DNA of 16,771 nucleotides from Paramicrosporidium saccamoebae KSL3 (Eukaryota; Fungi; Cryptomycota): NCBI GenBank assembly GCA_002794465.1, contig MTSL01000047.1, positions 1 to 16,771 of the forward strand, read 5' to 3'. Shown piece by piece: positions 8,401 to 16,771 of this stretch (position 1 is its first letter; each line of letters starts with the position of its first letter). The notes under the pieces were generated by a model. It saw only the letters and a program-made list of their open reading frames with translations, ran no database searches and was not told where the DNA came from. The position numbers and the translations under genes were made by a program.

Positions 8401-11400
8401 GGAAATGTCGCATTCATTCGTGCTAAAGAGACCTAACATTAGTGCCAAATGGAATACATACCAGAATCTGGGAGGCTCAGGGCAAAGGTACATGATCGGG
8501 ACGGATCAACACAGTAAATATTCATATCACTGTTTGCGGAAATTTCACAAAGGCTCCGGGATCCATCTTGGGAAAATTGATATTTGCCGCTTGCCGGCAA
8601 AAGATTTTGCAACACTAGAGGGGCGCAGAATCTAACATCAAAGGCAGCCTCCGAGGAGGGCTTTGACCAAGACATTAGCATATAGCTCGCCTGCCCATCC
8701 GAGCCGGCGTGTGGAAACTTGACAAGCGTACCATCAAGCTTCAATCCAGCAGTAAAGTTTATCGTTTGATCCGCGACCGAATCGTCGCTAAAAACACGGC
8801 AAGCTGTCGATACGTGCCATGGGGGGACACAACAAGAACTGCCCGGTGGCAAGTCCTTTTCAAATGCGCCCTGCTCAAACGACAATTTCATATGATGGTC
8901 CGTCTCGTTGTGAATCATCATCTTCTCCCTCAGATGGACATGACGGACTCCGTCAACTAGGAAGGTATGCATAAAGAAGCGCCTTGGTTCATCCACCTGC
9001 TCTTCAATCTCTTCCAAAGTGTCTAAGCGAATATTGGCATACCCATCCCTGTCAATTGGCAAGTGGGTGATGGGCTTGAAATGCTCAAAAAATACACAGA
9101 GCGTATGCGCTTTTGAAGTCCCAGAACCACGCAACTGACGCCAGTCTTCAAAGGCAAAGTTTACCTGTTGGCTAGGCTCCAGATCGACTCTTTTGGCACT
9201 TGTCGCCGAGTCGGCAATGGAAACTTGGCATTCCAGATAATTGTAAATGACATATGGAGAAGCCATGGCACGCGGCGCAGTACTAGAGCGTTTGGAGGTC
9301 CCCAGCTTTTGAAGCATTTGCAGTATCCTCTCGACCGAATGATGGACCGCAAGAACGTCAAGTCCTTGCTCCGAGGAAAGCATGACTACATTGTCAGCAT
9401 TTGGTTCGACATCCGAGGGGCCAATATTGACAGCAAAACTCCACGGTTCAACAATTGGTTCCCAATACGAGATTGAGGGATTGTAGCAGTTGGAGCTTAG
9501 CTTTGCAGACAGCTGCACCTTTAATTTCGATGACCAATCTTTGATGCTGCAAGAAATATTGTCGACACTGACGTCCAGCAGAGGAAGGATGGCCGAGCCA
9601 CTGTCATCAATAATGATGACTCGCACAAATTCCATAGACATTTTCCCCTGAAAAATTAGAAACGATAAGAGTGAATAGTACATTTTCTGACGGTCTCTCC
9701 GTAACAGGTCGAGCAACTGGTACAGCTTGCGTCGGGATCGCAGGAGATTCTTGTCCCTCCACTGCGTATTTGGACTTTGCCTCTAGAATCTTTGCTATCA
9801 AAGACTGGACAAATTGAATGTCTCTAAAAGAGACTGATAGCAGGATTGGCTGGAGAGAAACCTCCAACTCCCCCTCGGCGATCCCCAGGTTGATGAATCC
9901 AGAAAAGTTGTCGAAAATTCCAACCTGAGTTTCCTTTGGAGCGTCCGTATTGAATACATACGTTGAAATATTGTCAATAATGACGGAAACATTCTTGTCA
10001 ACTTTTACCGAGATGCCACTGATTGTCAGAGCGGCAGCCTCGGTCACCTCTGCCTTACAATCTTCAACAATAATGACAGTAGCATCCAACAGATTAAAAA
10101 GCAGTGTAAAGGATGGCTTGTGCAATCTTGACGTACTGGATAATTGGGACGAACTAGGTGCCTTGGATATTGTCGACACTCTAGACACTTCATTGTTTGA
10201 TACAGTAGACTTTGGCAGGTTCGAAGTGACAAACTTTTGCAGATAAAATATAGTGTCGTACAGTAAAAATATTCTGGGGCTTTCAATCATGGCGTTGATC
10301 ACTGTATCTCCATTGATGGCCTTGTCCATCCTAAACAAAATCTGCAGCTTTTCGTCAACAAGGGGAGTGTTATAGTTGGAAGCAGATTTACCAACAAGTA
10401 TTAATTCTTGGAAATATTGCTCACTGTCCGCCTCATCGCTAATGCTCAGTGATTCTAGAGAGACTTCGACTCCAAGGCCCCGAACAGTGTGAGCGACGGC
10501 CGTAATCTGGATTCCGCTGATGCTCATCATGACTCTGGTTGAATCGTCTTTATCTTTCAGATGCAGCTGAATGCTATCCAGTTTAACTTTGGCATCAAAT
10601 GGAAATTTATCCTCCACCGGCTCCACCGGTTCCGCCGGTTCTACAGACTCTGCAGATTCTGCCGATTCTGCAGGCTCGACGGATTTTACTGGCCCTTTTG
10701 GTAATGCTTCCAAAACTTTGTTGATGGAAACTGACATTTCGGACGCAATTTGCAAGACTGCGCCAAAATCAGCCTCACTCATCTCAACGATAATATCCAT
10801 GAGATTGCCATCAACCTCCACATCTGCATAGTTGCGAGCCATTGCGTCAGTCGTCAATCGCAGGTTTATCGGAATGGCAAAGCGATTCAGCAAGAGTCGA
10901 TCTGGAGCACCGTCGACCTTGAGCGATATGCAAATATCAGCAAGCACTAATGAAATTATCTGGTCATACACGTTAGTTTTGACAAACTCGAACACATTCT
11001 TCACCTGCAGCTGACCAAGGAAAATGTTCAGTGCGCTCGACCCGCTCTCGCCGGGAATTCGTATCACCGGTGACTGCAGGTCAATGTCAAGATATGTCAA
11101 GATTGATGATTTAGAGGCCTCGGATGCGTGGGGCTTCTCATCCACCTTTTTTCCATCTGAAACAACATCGAGCACTTTGAGGAACTGACCAGCAATTCTT
11201 GTAAGAGCAATCAGTTCCTTGGACTCGTAATGCAAGTTTAGTTGTCCTGTACACAGTTTTGCAATGTTACTTCCAGAAACAAACGACTCAGTTCCCACGC
11301 AATTCGTCTCAAAACTAAAGTAGGCCGTCGTATCCCCGTCAAAATAGATCAATTTACACCCCTCGTCGTGGTTAGAACAGGTGCTGATCAGTTCGAGAGC

Positions 11401-14400
11401 AGAGATATTTCCAGTAATCGCCAAGTTTTTGCCCGCCTGAGCCACGGTAACCTCCATCGAGGCTACTGTGAGGTTTGCAGAGGGCTTGTCGGCATCAACA
11501 ATAAAGACGGAAAACTCTGAGAATTGGAACAAGAGTTCCGATTTGGCCTGATAAGCCGCCATCAGACTCTGTGCTTCCGCCACAGTCATGGATGGATTGG
11601 CCGGCGCTAGTTCCGTATGGGTATCTAATGCAGGCAAAAGGTCTTTGAATACAAACTTTGAAATCTCCACAATCCGTTGCGGATCCAAAAAGACCTTGAT
11701 GGACGATAGCTTAATCTTGATAGACCGCTCCACTTGGTTATACACTGTTGCAAAGTCATTGTTTTCGGGTTTTACGATTTTAAGCGAAATGCTCAAGAGA
11801 TCGCTCGATGAATTTTCGGCGTCGCCGTCAACAAGCATGCCGCCGGGCTCGGAAGAAAAATGTTCTCTAACAGCAAAACCGCCAATGTGGAAACCAAGAT
11901 CCATCATTGTTCCAAACGCCGTCATGTCGAGGCCCATGTCCTCGGCTACAAAGGACACCTTCAGATCATCACTTGGAGTCTGGTCATTTTTGGCCATTTG
12001 AATGAGAATCCTGCCAATGGTAAAGTGGACCAATAAATTCATAGAGTCTACTTCTTCAACAAACTCGGTAGTGCCAGTGTCTTGCACTTTCAAATCATCA
12101 AAGGCATCAAAGAACTCGTCCTGGTCGGAAACGGACACTTCCGTAACAGGTGACGCCCTCTTCTGTCCAGTTTTTTTGGCGGGTCGTTTTGCTGTTTTAG
12201 TCGTCTCTTGATCAGACTTGGGCAGCAAGGCCAGAATCTTCATTGCCTTTGCCAGCTTCCAATCGGACAGATACACTGAAATGGTTGGGAGAAAGCCGCT
12301 AATCTTGGTCTTTGCCAGGTTCACCGCCGTGGGAAGGATGGAACTTTCCACCACCAGCTCGATATCAATTTCGTCAATAATCTTGTTGCGAATATCGACG
12401 GCCGCTCCAGCTTCTCGATTGGCAATTCTCCACCACTCAGGAATGTTCTCTGCGAAAAATGCACCAAACTGAGTTAGCCGAATTTGGATCTTGTCATATA
12501 GAAGGTCCTGTAAATCATCACGCTCCTCTTCTGTAAGTTGGTGCTTCTCGCCCATCTCCTTCTTGGTCTCTGGGGAGACAAGGACCGAATTCGCCAATAC
12601 TCTACCCAAGTCAAGCGCGAAAATGGACTTTGACATGTCCGTGGGGTCTTCGGGTATCATGATGATGGGTGCGTCAATGTTCACATGCAAATCTATTCCC
12701 TTGTGATCCTCCAAGGCCCGCTGAAAGTTGGCGCGGGTCTTGACTCCAATGACATCAATGGTGCGCTTGGCCTCGGCTTTTAGTGCCTCGATCAGAGACT
12801 TTGTCTGGGAATTCAGCAAAAAGGAGACGAGTTTTTCGACAGCCAGTAGATTGGCCACCACTAGCAAAGGTCGTAATTCGAGTCGCACGTCGGCGTCGGC
12901 AGAAACATTCTTTGTGAGCTGATCAAATGAGAAATACAAGAGTGGCCTTTCCGAGGTCGGAGATCCAGGCCTGGCGGGCTTGACCAGGACAATTTCTCGC
13001 AGCAGCGAATCCTTTATCAAATTCTCAATCACAGTCAGGTCCTTTAACGATAGGCTAAAGCCAACAGTCTTTGGTCTCTTGACAAACTCTGCTGATAAGG
13101 AGGAACCGAGCATGGACACGATAGGCTCAGGCAAAGCAGGGCTCTCAGAAAGAGACAACGACACTTCTCCCAACTCAAACGTCATCTTTATCAACTGGGC
13201 AGTTGCCGCAATGTTTTCATTCATATTGGCATTATTTGCATCAAAGTCAATGGTTTCGTACAGTTCCTTAATGTCCTCATCCTTGACAAGGTCGCTCTAA
13301 AATTATTAAAGACACTACATGATCTGTTACATTGGCTGCCGTCTTGTAACCAAGCCATCCCCATATGCGCGACTGCACTCCAACTGGAGAGTTGGCTTGT
13401 GATTTCTTGGCAAAGGCGCGGGCAAGAGTTCTGTAGTGGAGCAAATCTTCAAAGTCTGTTCTTCTCTCAATCTCATCCAGACGCCCCACATCATTTTCTG
13501 AAAGCTTTGCAGACATTAGCTTGTTTGAATACAGATTGACATATTCCTTACGATCCGCTCTTCGCTGTAATACAAACGACCAGGCACGGCGCTGGTTACG
13601 AGCGTGAATGTCTGCCCGAAAGCAGGTGGCAGCATATCTGAAGAGGTCTGCCATGGAAGCATTTCCCACAGGTCGATACTTACGATACGGCAGTGCCCGC
13701 TGTGCAGCACTTAGCGAAGCAAGAAGTGATAAAATGTCAAAATACTGCTCATAATTGACATTCAAGGCAAAGGCGTCAAAGAAGACATCAACAATTGTCT
13801 TGGGAATGCCCTCTTTTAAAAATTTGTTGAGCGTCGCCTTGCCCACACCAGACACTGGCTTTAGAATGTAGGAATTGGACTCGTCATCAATCATTGATCG
13901 GGCCTCATCGATAAACTCTTCAAATGTCAACTTTCGAAGCGACGCCTCGCGAGTATTCCAATAGATGGCAAAATTATTGAGGTTGACAAGTTTGTTGACG
14001 GCATCTTGGGGATTTACAATAAAGGACTCGACCCAGTTTTCATCCGTGCTGACTGCAGTCAGGGACTTGAGCGTCAGACCGATGCTAAAGAGCCGGTTGG
14101 GGTTGCTAGAATGGTCTTCAAATCGGATATGGATATTCTTGATGGTAACCTGCAGGTTGTCGACAATTTTGGTAACAAGTTGGGTAGTGAATGACTCTTG
14201 GTGGATATCGTCGGATAACTGGCTTTCTACACTGGCGGCAAAGATTTCGGCAGTTTCCAGCTTTTCTTGCTTTGACTTTTGCTCTCGTTCTTCCTCTGTG
14301 CTGGCGTCATAGCTAGCCTCGATGCGTGGACCAGCCAGCAGAAAGAGGTCCTCAATTAACACCGTGACGGGCTGAGTCTTTAAATTTCGCCAAGGTATAT

Positions 14401-14661
14401 ACAGTTCCAGCTTTCCCAAATGGCCTAGACATTACAAAAGTGCAATAGTGGTACCATAAAACACTTCAAGTGGCAAGTTTAGTTTGTCTAGTGCTTCCTT
14501 TTTCAGTTCCAAATTTGCCAGAACAATGTTGCCTATACATTAAACATGGCAAGTTGCTCTATACCACTAAATATCCCAAGTTTGAGCTGATTTGTCTCGA
14601 GATTGGCAACATAGTCCCCGAGGAACTTGTTTAACACTGTCGAAACGACGCTCTCAAACAT
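5429..14661 (-). CDS. VPS13: Vacuolar protein sorting-associated protein 13 (bridge-like lipid transfer protein), 12 exons, 2959 aa
   Basis: Chorein N-terminus [65 protein letters not shown] motifs [44 protein letters not shown]-terminal [54 protein letters not shown]. Exons: 14661-14565, 14532-14455, 14424-13331, 13296-9682, 9647-8462, 8432-7978, 7938-7570, 7537-7172, 7141-6639, 6609-6546, 6513-5515, 5482-5429. They sum to 8880 nt with no internal stop. Stop-free 3n introns could be hidden in the long exons. Confidence 0.97.
5483..5514 (-). other. VPS13 intron 11 (32 nt, phase 0)
   Basis: GTATTC...CTAAC..CCTAG. Splicing gives TQK|[17 protein letters not shown], resembling the fungal Vps13 terminal helix. 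The unspliced alternative stays open to 5434, so support is weaker than for the other introns. Confidence 0.75.
6514..6545 (-). other. VPS13 intron 10 (32 nt, phase 0)
   Basis: GTACGA...TTGATCATGTGTAG; joins GNIS|DAPLKFNAL. Confidence 0.92.
6610..6638 (-). other. VPS13 intron 9 (29 nt, phase 2)
   Basis: GTAATT...TTCATGGTTAG; restores the frame after an in-frame TAA. Confidence 0.85.
7142..7171 (-). other. VPS13 intron 8 (30 nt, phase 0)
   Basis: GTTGCA...TTGATTTTTAG; joins [10 protein letters not shown]|EFLLIYL and removes an in-frame TAG. Confidence 0.85.
7538..7569 (-). other. VPS13 intron 7 (32 nt, phase 0)
   Basis: GTAAGT...TTAATGCTAG; leads into NVNDVY..KYAWDQP. Confidence 0.93.
7939..7977 (-). 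other. VPS13 intron 6 (39 nt, phase 0) containing a perfect 9-bp inverted repeat
   Basis: GTAAGC...CTGAT..CTGTAG; joins GQGK|[13 protein letters not shown]. Confidence 0.93.
8433..8461 (-). other. VPS13 intron 5 (29 nt, phase 1)
   Basis: GTATGT...CTAATGTTAG; restores the frame. Confidence 0.92.
9648..9681 (-). other. VPS13 intron 4 (34 nt, phase 0)
   Basis: GTACTA...CTAATTTTTCAG; joins the two long ORFs. Confidence 0.9.
10612..10683 (-). repeat. Coding minisatellite, 8 x 9 nt, encoding (S/P)(V/A)E x8 in VPS13
   Basis: Plus-strand units ctccaccgg, ctccaccgg, ttccgccgg, ttctacaga, ctctgcaga, ttctgccga, ttctgcagg, ctcgacgga, translating on the minus strand as [24 protein letters not shown]. 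Confidence 0.9.
13297..13330 (-). other. VPS13 intron 3 (34 nt, phase 0; alternative in-frame donor at 13318 would give 22 nt)
   Basis: GTAACA...TAATAATTTTAG; leads into [19 protein letters not shown]. Confidence 0.82.
14425..14454 (-). other. VPS13 intron 2 (30 nt, phase 1)
   Basis: GTACCA...TAATGTCTAG; joins LEVFYG|[11 protein letters not shown] and contains an in-frame TAA. Confidence 0.93.
14533..14564 (-). other. VPS13 intron 1 (32 nt, phase 1)
   Basis: GTATAG...TAATGTATAG; joins LGIFSG|NIVLANLEL. Confidence 0.93.
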
Positions 14662-14920
14662 TGTTACTGCCAAACAAAGCCCCCACCCTGGCACATTTGT
14701 AATTGAAGCGATTCTACAATCACCACCTATCTGTGCTCAGTTGTGCCTATTGATACTTATATATGCTCACTACTACCTACTATGCCAGTTTACGCCTTCA
14801 ACCACACAATTACACAATTACACAATTACACAATCACACAGGTACACAATTACACAGTTACACGATTACACAATCACACAGTTACACTACCACACAACGG
14901 GCCGGGGTAGGAAAATCGGA
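14662..14920. promoter_or_regulatory. Putative bidirectional promoter between divergent VPS13 and MAK16
   Basis: Only 259 nt separate the two ATGs. Function is inferred from gene geometry. Confidence 0.65.
14803..14898 (+). repeat. Minisatellite, 12 x 8 bp, consensus YACACAAT
   Basis: Units: CACACAAT, TACACAAT x3, CACACAGG, TACACAAT, TACACAGT, TACACGAT, TACACAAT, CACACAGT, TACACTAC, CACACAAC. No indels and no spacers. Confidence 0.95.
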
Positions 14921-15718
14921 ATGCAGAGCGACGACGTGATTTGGCAAGTCATAAATAACGGATTCTGCTCCTTCAAAGTTACGACATTGGCATCTGCGTT
15001 TTGTCGAAACGAAAACAACGTCACTGGTCTTTGTAACAAGCAGTCGTGTCCCTTGGCAAACAGTCGCTACGCCACCATCCGTGAGATTAACGGCGTATGC
15101 TATCTTTACAAAAAGGTGGTCGAGCGTGCCCACCTGCCGGCGCGGATGTGGGAGAAGATAAAGCTTAAAGGGAATGCTGGACAGGTGGAGGAAAAGATTC
15201 AGAAAGAGCTAGAGTATATGCCAGAATTCTTCAAGGCCAAATGTAAAGCCCGGTATACCCGCATCCAAGAGTATCTTCGTCGCACCGACCGTCTCAAGAA
15301 TGACCCAAACCAGCCCATCTTGTCCGCCAAAAAGAGCAAGGTAATTAAGCGCGAGATGAAGAGAGAAAATAGAGCCAAGCAGGTAGCGCTGATAGAGAAC
15401 GCCATAGAGAAGGAACTGCTCGACCGTCTCCAAAAGGGAGTCTATGGTGACATTTACAACCTTCCCCAAAAGACTTTTGAAACTGTATTAGAAAAGCATG
15501 GCCAACAACAAGAGATGGAGTCTGACGTTGAATATGTTGAAGGTGAGGAGGAGCTGGAAGAGCTGGATTCAGATGTTGAATATCTCGAAGAATTTGAAGC
15601 CTCCGATGACGAACTTGTCCAAGATCTTGAGGATATCGTTGTTAGTAGGGCGCCATCTCGCAGGAAGGCTCACGTCGAAATTGAATACGAAGGGCCCTCA
15701 AAAGAGTTGACAAAGTAA
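14921..15718 (+). CDS. MAK16: MAK16 60S ribosome biogenesis protein (265 aa, intronless)
   Basis: MQSDDVIWQVINNGFCSFK...FCRNENNVTGLCNKQSCPLANSRYAT...ERAHLPARMWEKIKL...IEKELLDRLQKGVYGDIYN followed by an acidic tail. These are the hallmark Mak16 motifs, including the Cys cluster. Confidence 0.97.
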   Translation: MQSDDVIWQVINNGFCSFKVTTLASAFCRNENNVTGLCNKQSCPLANSRYATIREINGVCYLYKKVVERAHLPARMWEKIKLKGNAGQVEEKIQKELEYMPEFFKAKCKARYTRIQEYLRRTDRLKNDPNQPILSAKKSKVIKREMKRENRAKQVALIENAIEKELLDRLQKGVYGDIYNLPQKTFETVLEKHGQQQEMESDVEYVEGEEELEELDSDVEYLEEFEASDDELVQDLEDIVVSRAPSRRKAHVEIEYEGPSKELTK

Positions 15719-15861
15719 CATAGAATTTATAAAGTCGCTGTGTGGGACTCGTGGTTTTGAATTGTATTGTCGCATGGTGGAGATAATATACCACGACCTA
15801 ATTCAGGCGAAAGAAGAATTTGCTCACCGCTCACGGCCAATCTTAAATTCGTAAGGATGCC

Positions 15862-16122
15862 GATCTCGCTGGTGATTGGTCCTCACAGCTGTACCACTAG
15901 TTTTAGCGAGGGTGGCGGCCCATGTAAGCGCATCACACCCAGTAATGATAGTATTAACTAGCACAGATAATGTTACCAAAATGCATCACATTATCATTCA
16001 GTACAGTGAATTTTATCAGCCAATACCTGCACGGTTCCATAGATAGCCATCCGACATATCTTCCAAGGGGTCGCTTCTATTGGACAATAATATATGTGGA
16101 GCTACTCCGAATTCCCCTCTCA
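15862..16122 (+). promoter_or_regulatory. Upstream region homologous to 126-374
   Basis: See the 126-374 entry. The reading frame of the downstream gene is open from 15958, with an extra in-frame ATG at 15970. Confidence 0.5.
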
Positions 16123-16771
16123 ATGTTGTATCTCTCATTCAGACCTGCAGAGGGAAGTGTGATTGTTCCAAAGCTGGTAAAATGTCTCAGTATTATTGCT
16201 GATGCATGCTTTGTATTGCTGGCAGCATGGACAGTTGTCAACTTGTGCTATCCCTTCTGGGGCTGGCCGATCTATCTTTCAACTTGGCTCGGCTTCTTCT
16301 CGCTCATTCCTCTCTACTTTCTCATCATGTATATCAGCCTCCGCTCTTTCATGACTGCCGAGTATCGTCGTAATGATGTAAGCTGCACAGCTAGCGGACG
16401 ACTGAAGCATCTCGGGTTTCTCTTTTCTGTTTGGCACCACCCTGGCGGCTTGACACTTGGGTATTATACTGAGGACGACAAGTTTGTCTGTCGGAAGGAG
16501 CGAAGTGTCAGCCTTGGCTATGAAATAGAGCTCTACAAATGGCTAGGCTGGCCCATTGTTCTGATCACCGACACCATTCCGTTCATATTGCTAGCAGTAG
16601 TATTCAGTATTGGCTATTTTTACGGTATCGGCACTATCATATTCTATTTTTTGGGTGTCATTTTGGCAATGTGTGTAATCAATTCTCTCCGTTTTCCGAT
16701 CACTACTGATCCATGGGAAGACGAAATGTTCTTCGAGGGAAAGATTTACCCTAAAAAGTATATCGGTCTGA
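16123..16771 (+). CDS. Paralog of 375-1190 (4-TM protein), truncated by the window end; absent from the ORF track
   Basis: Manual translation: MLYLSFRPAEGSVIVPKLVKCLSIIADACFVLLAAWTVVNLCYPFWGW...LKHLGFLFSVW...KWLGWPIVLITDTIPFILLA...WEDEMFFEGK..., 216 codons with no stop. About 100/215 identities with the first copy. The start could be 15970. Confidence 0.82.
   Translation, partial: MLYLSFRPAEGSVIVPKLVKCLSIIADACFVLLAAWTVVNLCYPFWGWPIYLSTWLGFFSLIPLYFLIMYISLRSFMTAEYRRNDVSCTASGRLKHLGFLFSVWHHPGGLTLGYYTEDDKFVCRKERSVSLGYEIELYKWLGWPIVLITDTIPFILLAVVFSIGYFYGIGTIIFYFLGVILAMCVINSLRFPITTDPWEDEMFFEGKIYPKKYIGL

Noticed and set aside
5368-14312. Numerous plus-strand ORFs and short alternative-frame ORFs inside VPS13 (e.g. 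5834-6307, 11588-12001, 13965-14312)
   Set aside because: Antisense or shadow frames of a long CDS, Ser/Thr-rich, with no recognisable motifs. The same applies to the overlapping ORFs inside the ankyrin-like, TM and MAK16 genes.
5434-14419. Separate genes for the minus-strand ORFs 13277-14419, 9607-13224, 8439-9716, 7939-8493, 7495-7878, 7142-7444, 6635-7069, 6294-6617 and 5434-6483
   Set aside because: They are consecutive pieces of one VPS13, joined in frame by 29-39 nt GT-AG introns.
14803-14898. CRISPR array or telomeric repeat
   Set aside because: There are no spacers and the context is eukaryotic. The reverse strand (ATTGTGTA)n is TG-rich but lacks G runs, is degenerate and lies between two genes. 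An interstitial telomeric origin cannot be tested without chromosome ends.
14627-14920. 98-aa N-terminal extension of MAK16 in the ORF track
   Set aside because: It starts at TTG, has no in-frame ATG, overlaps VPS13 exon 1 antisense and merely translates the minisatellite. Mak16 homology starts at MQSDDVIW (14921).
15767-15961. 64-aa ORF as an independent gene
   Set aside because: TTG start and no motifs. It overlaps the duplicated upstream element, whose other copy does not keep the frame. Retained only as a possible 5' exon of the 16123 gene.
1-16771. tRNA, rRNA, snoRNA or transposase/integrase genes
   Set aside because: No cloverleaf, rRNA-like tract, paired C/D boxes or DDE/RT motifs were seen by eye. 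tRNAscan-SE and Rfam cmscan would be needed to exclude small RNAs formally.

Overview
This window is eukaryotic DNA from a very compact genome. The proteins look fungal or opisthokont, and the tiny introns suggest an early-diverging fungal lineage such as Rozellomycota or early microsporidia-like organisms (inference). Two conserved genes sit head to head: VPS13 (minus strand, 14661->5429, 12 exons, 2959 aa after manual splicing, 11 GT-AG introns of only 29-39 nt) and MAK16 (plus strand, 14921-15718, intronless). Their 259-nt shared upstream region contains a 12 x 8-bp minisatellite. Lineage-specific genes flank this core: two paralogous 4-TM proteins at the two window ends (375-1190, and 16123 to the window end, ~46% aa identity by hand alignment, each built from an internal two-fold repeat), a signal-peptide-bearing degenerate ankyrin-like repeat protein (3684->1825), and a spliced multi-TM orphan (5269->4595). 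The left accessory block has diverged direct repeats bracketing the first TM gene and the ankyrin-like gene, which suggests a duplication-prone, cassette-like candidate effector region. No rRNA, tRNA, CRISPR array or transposase was recognised. All alignments and counts were done by eye and no database searches were run.
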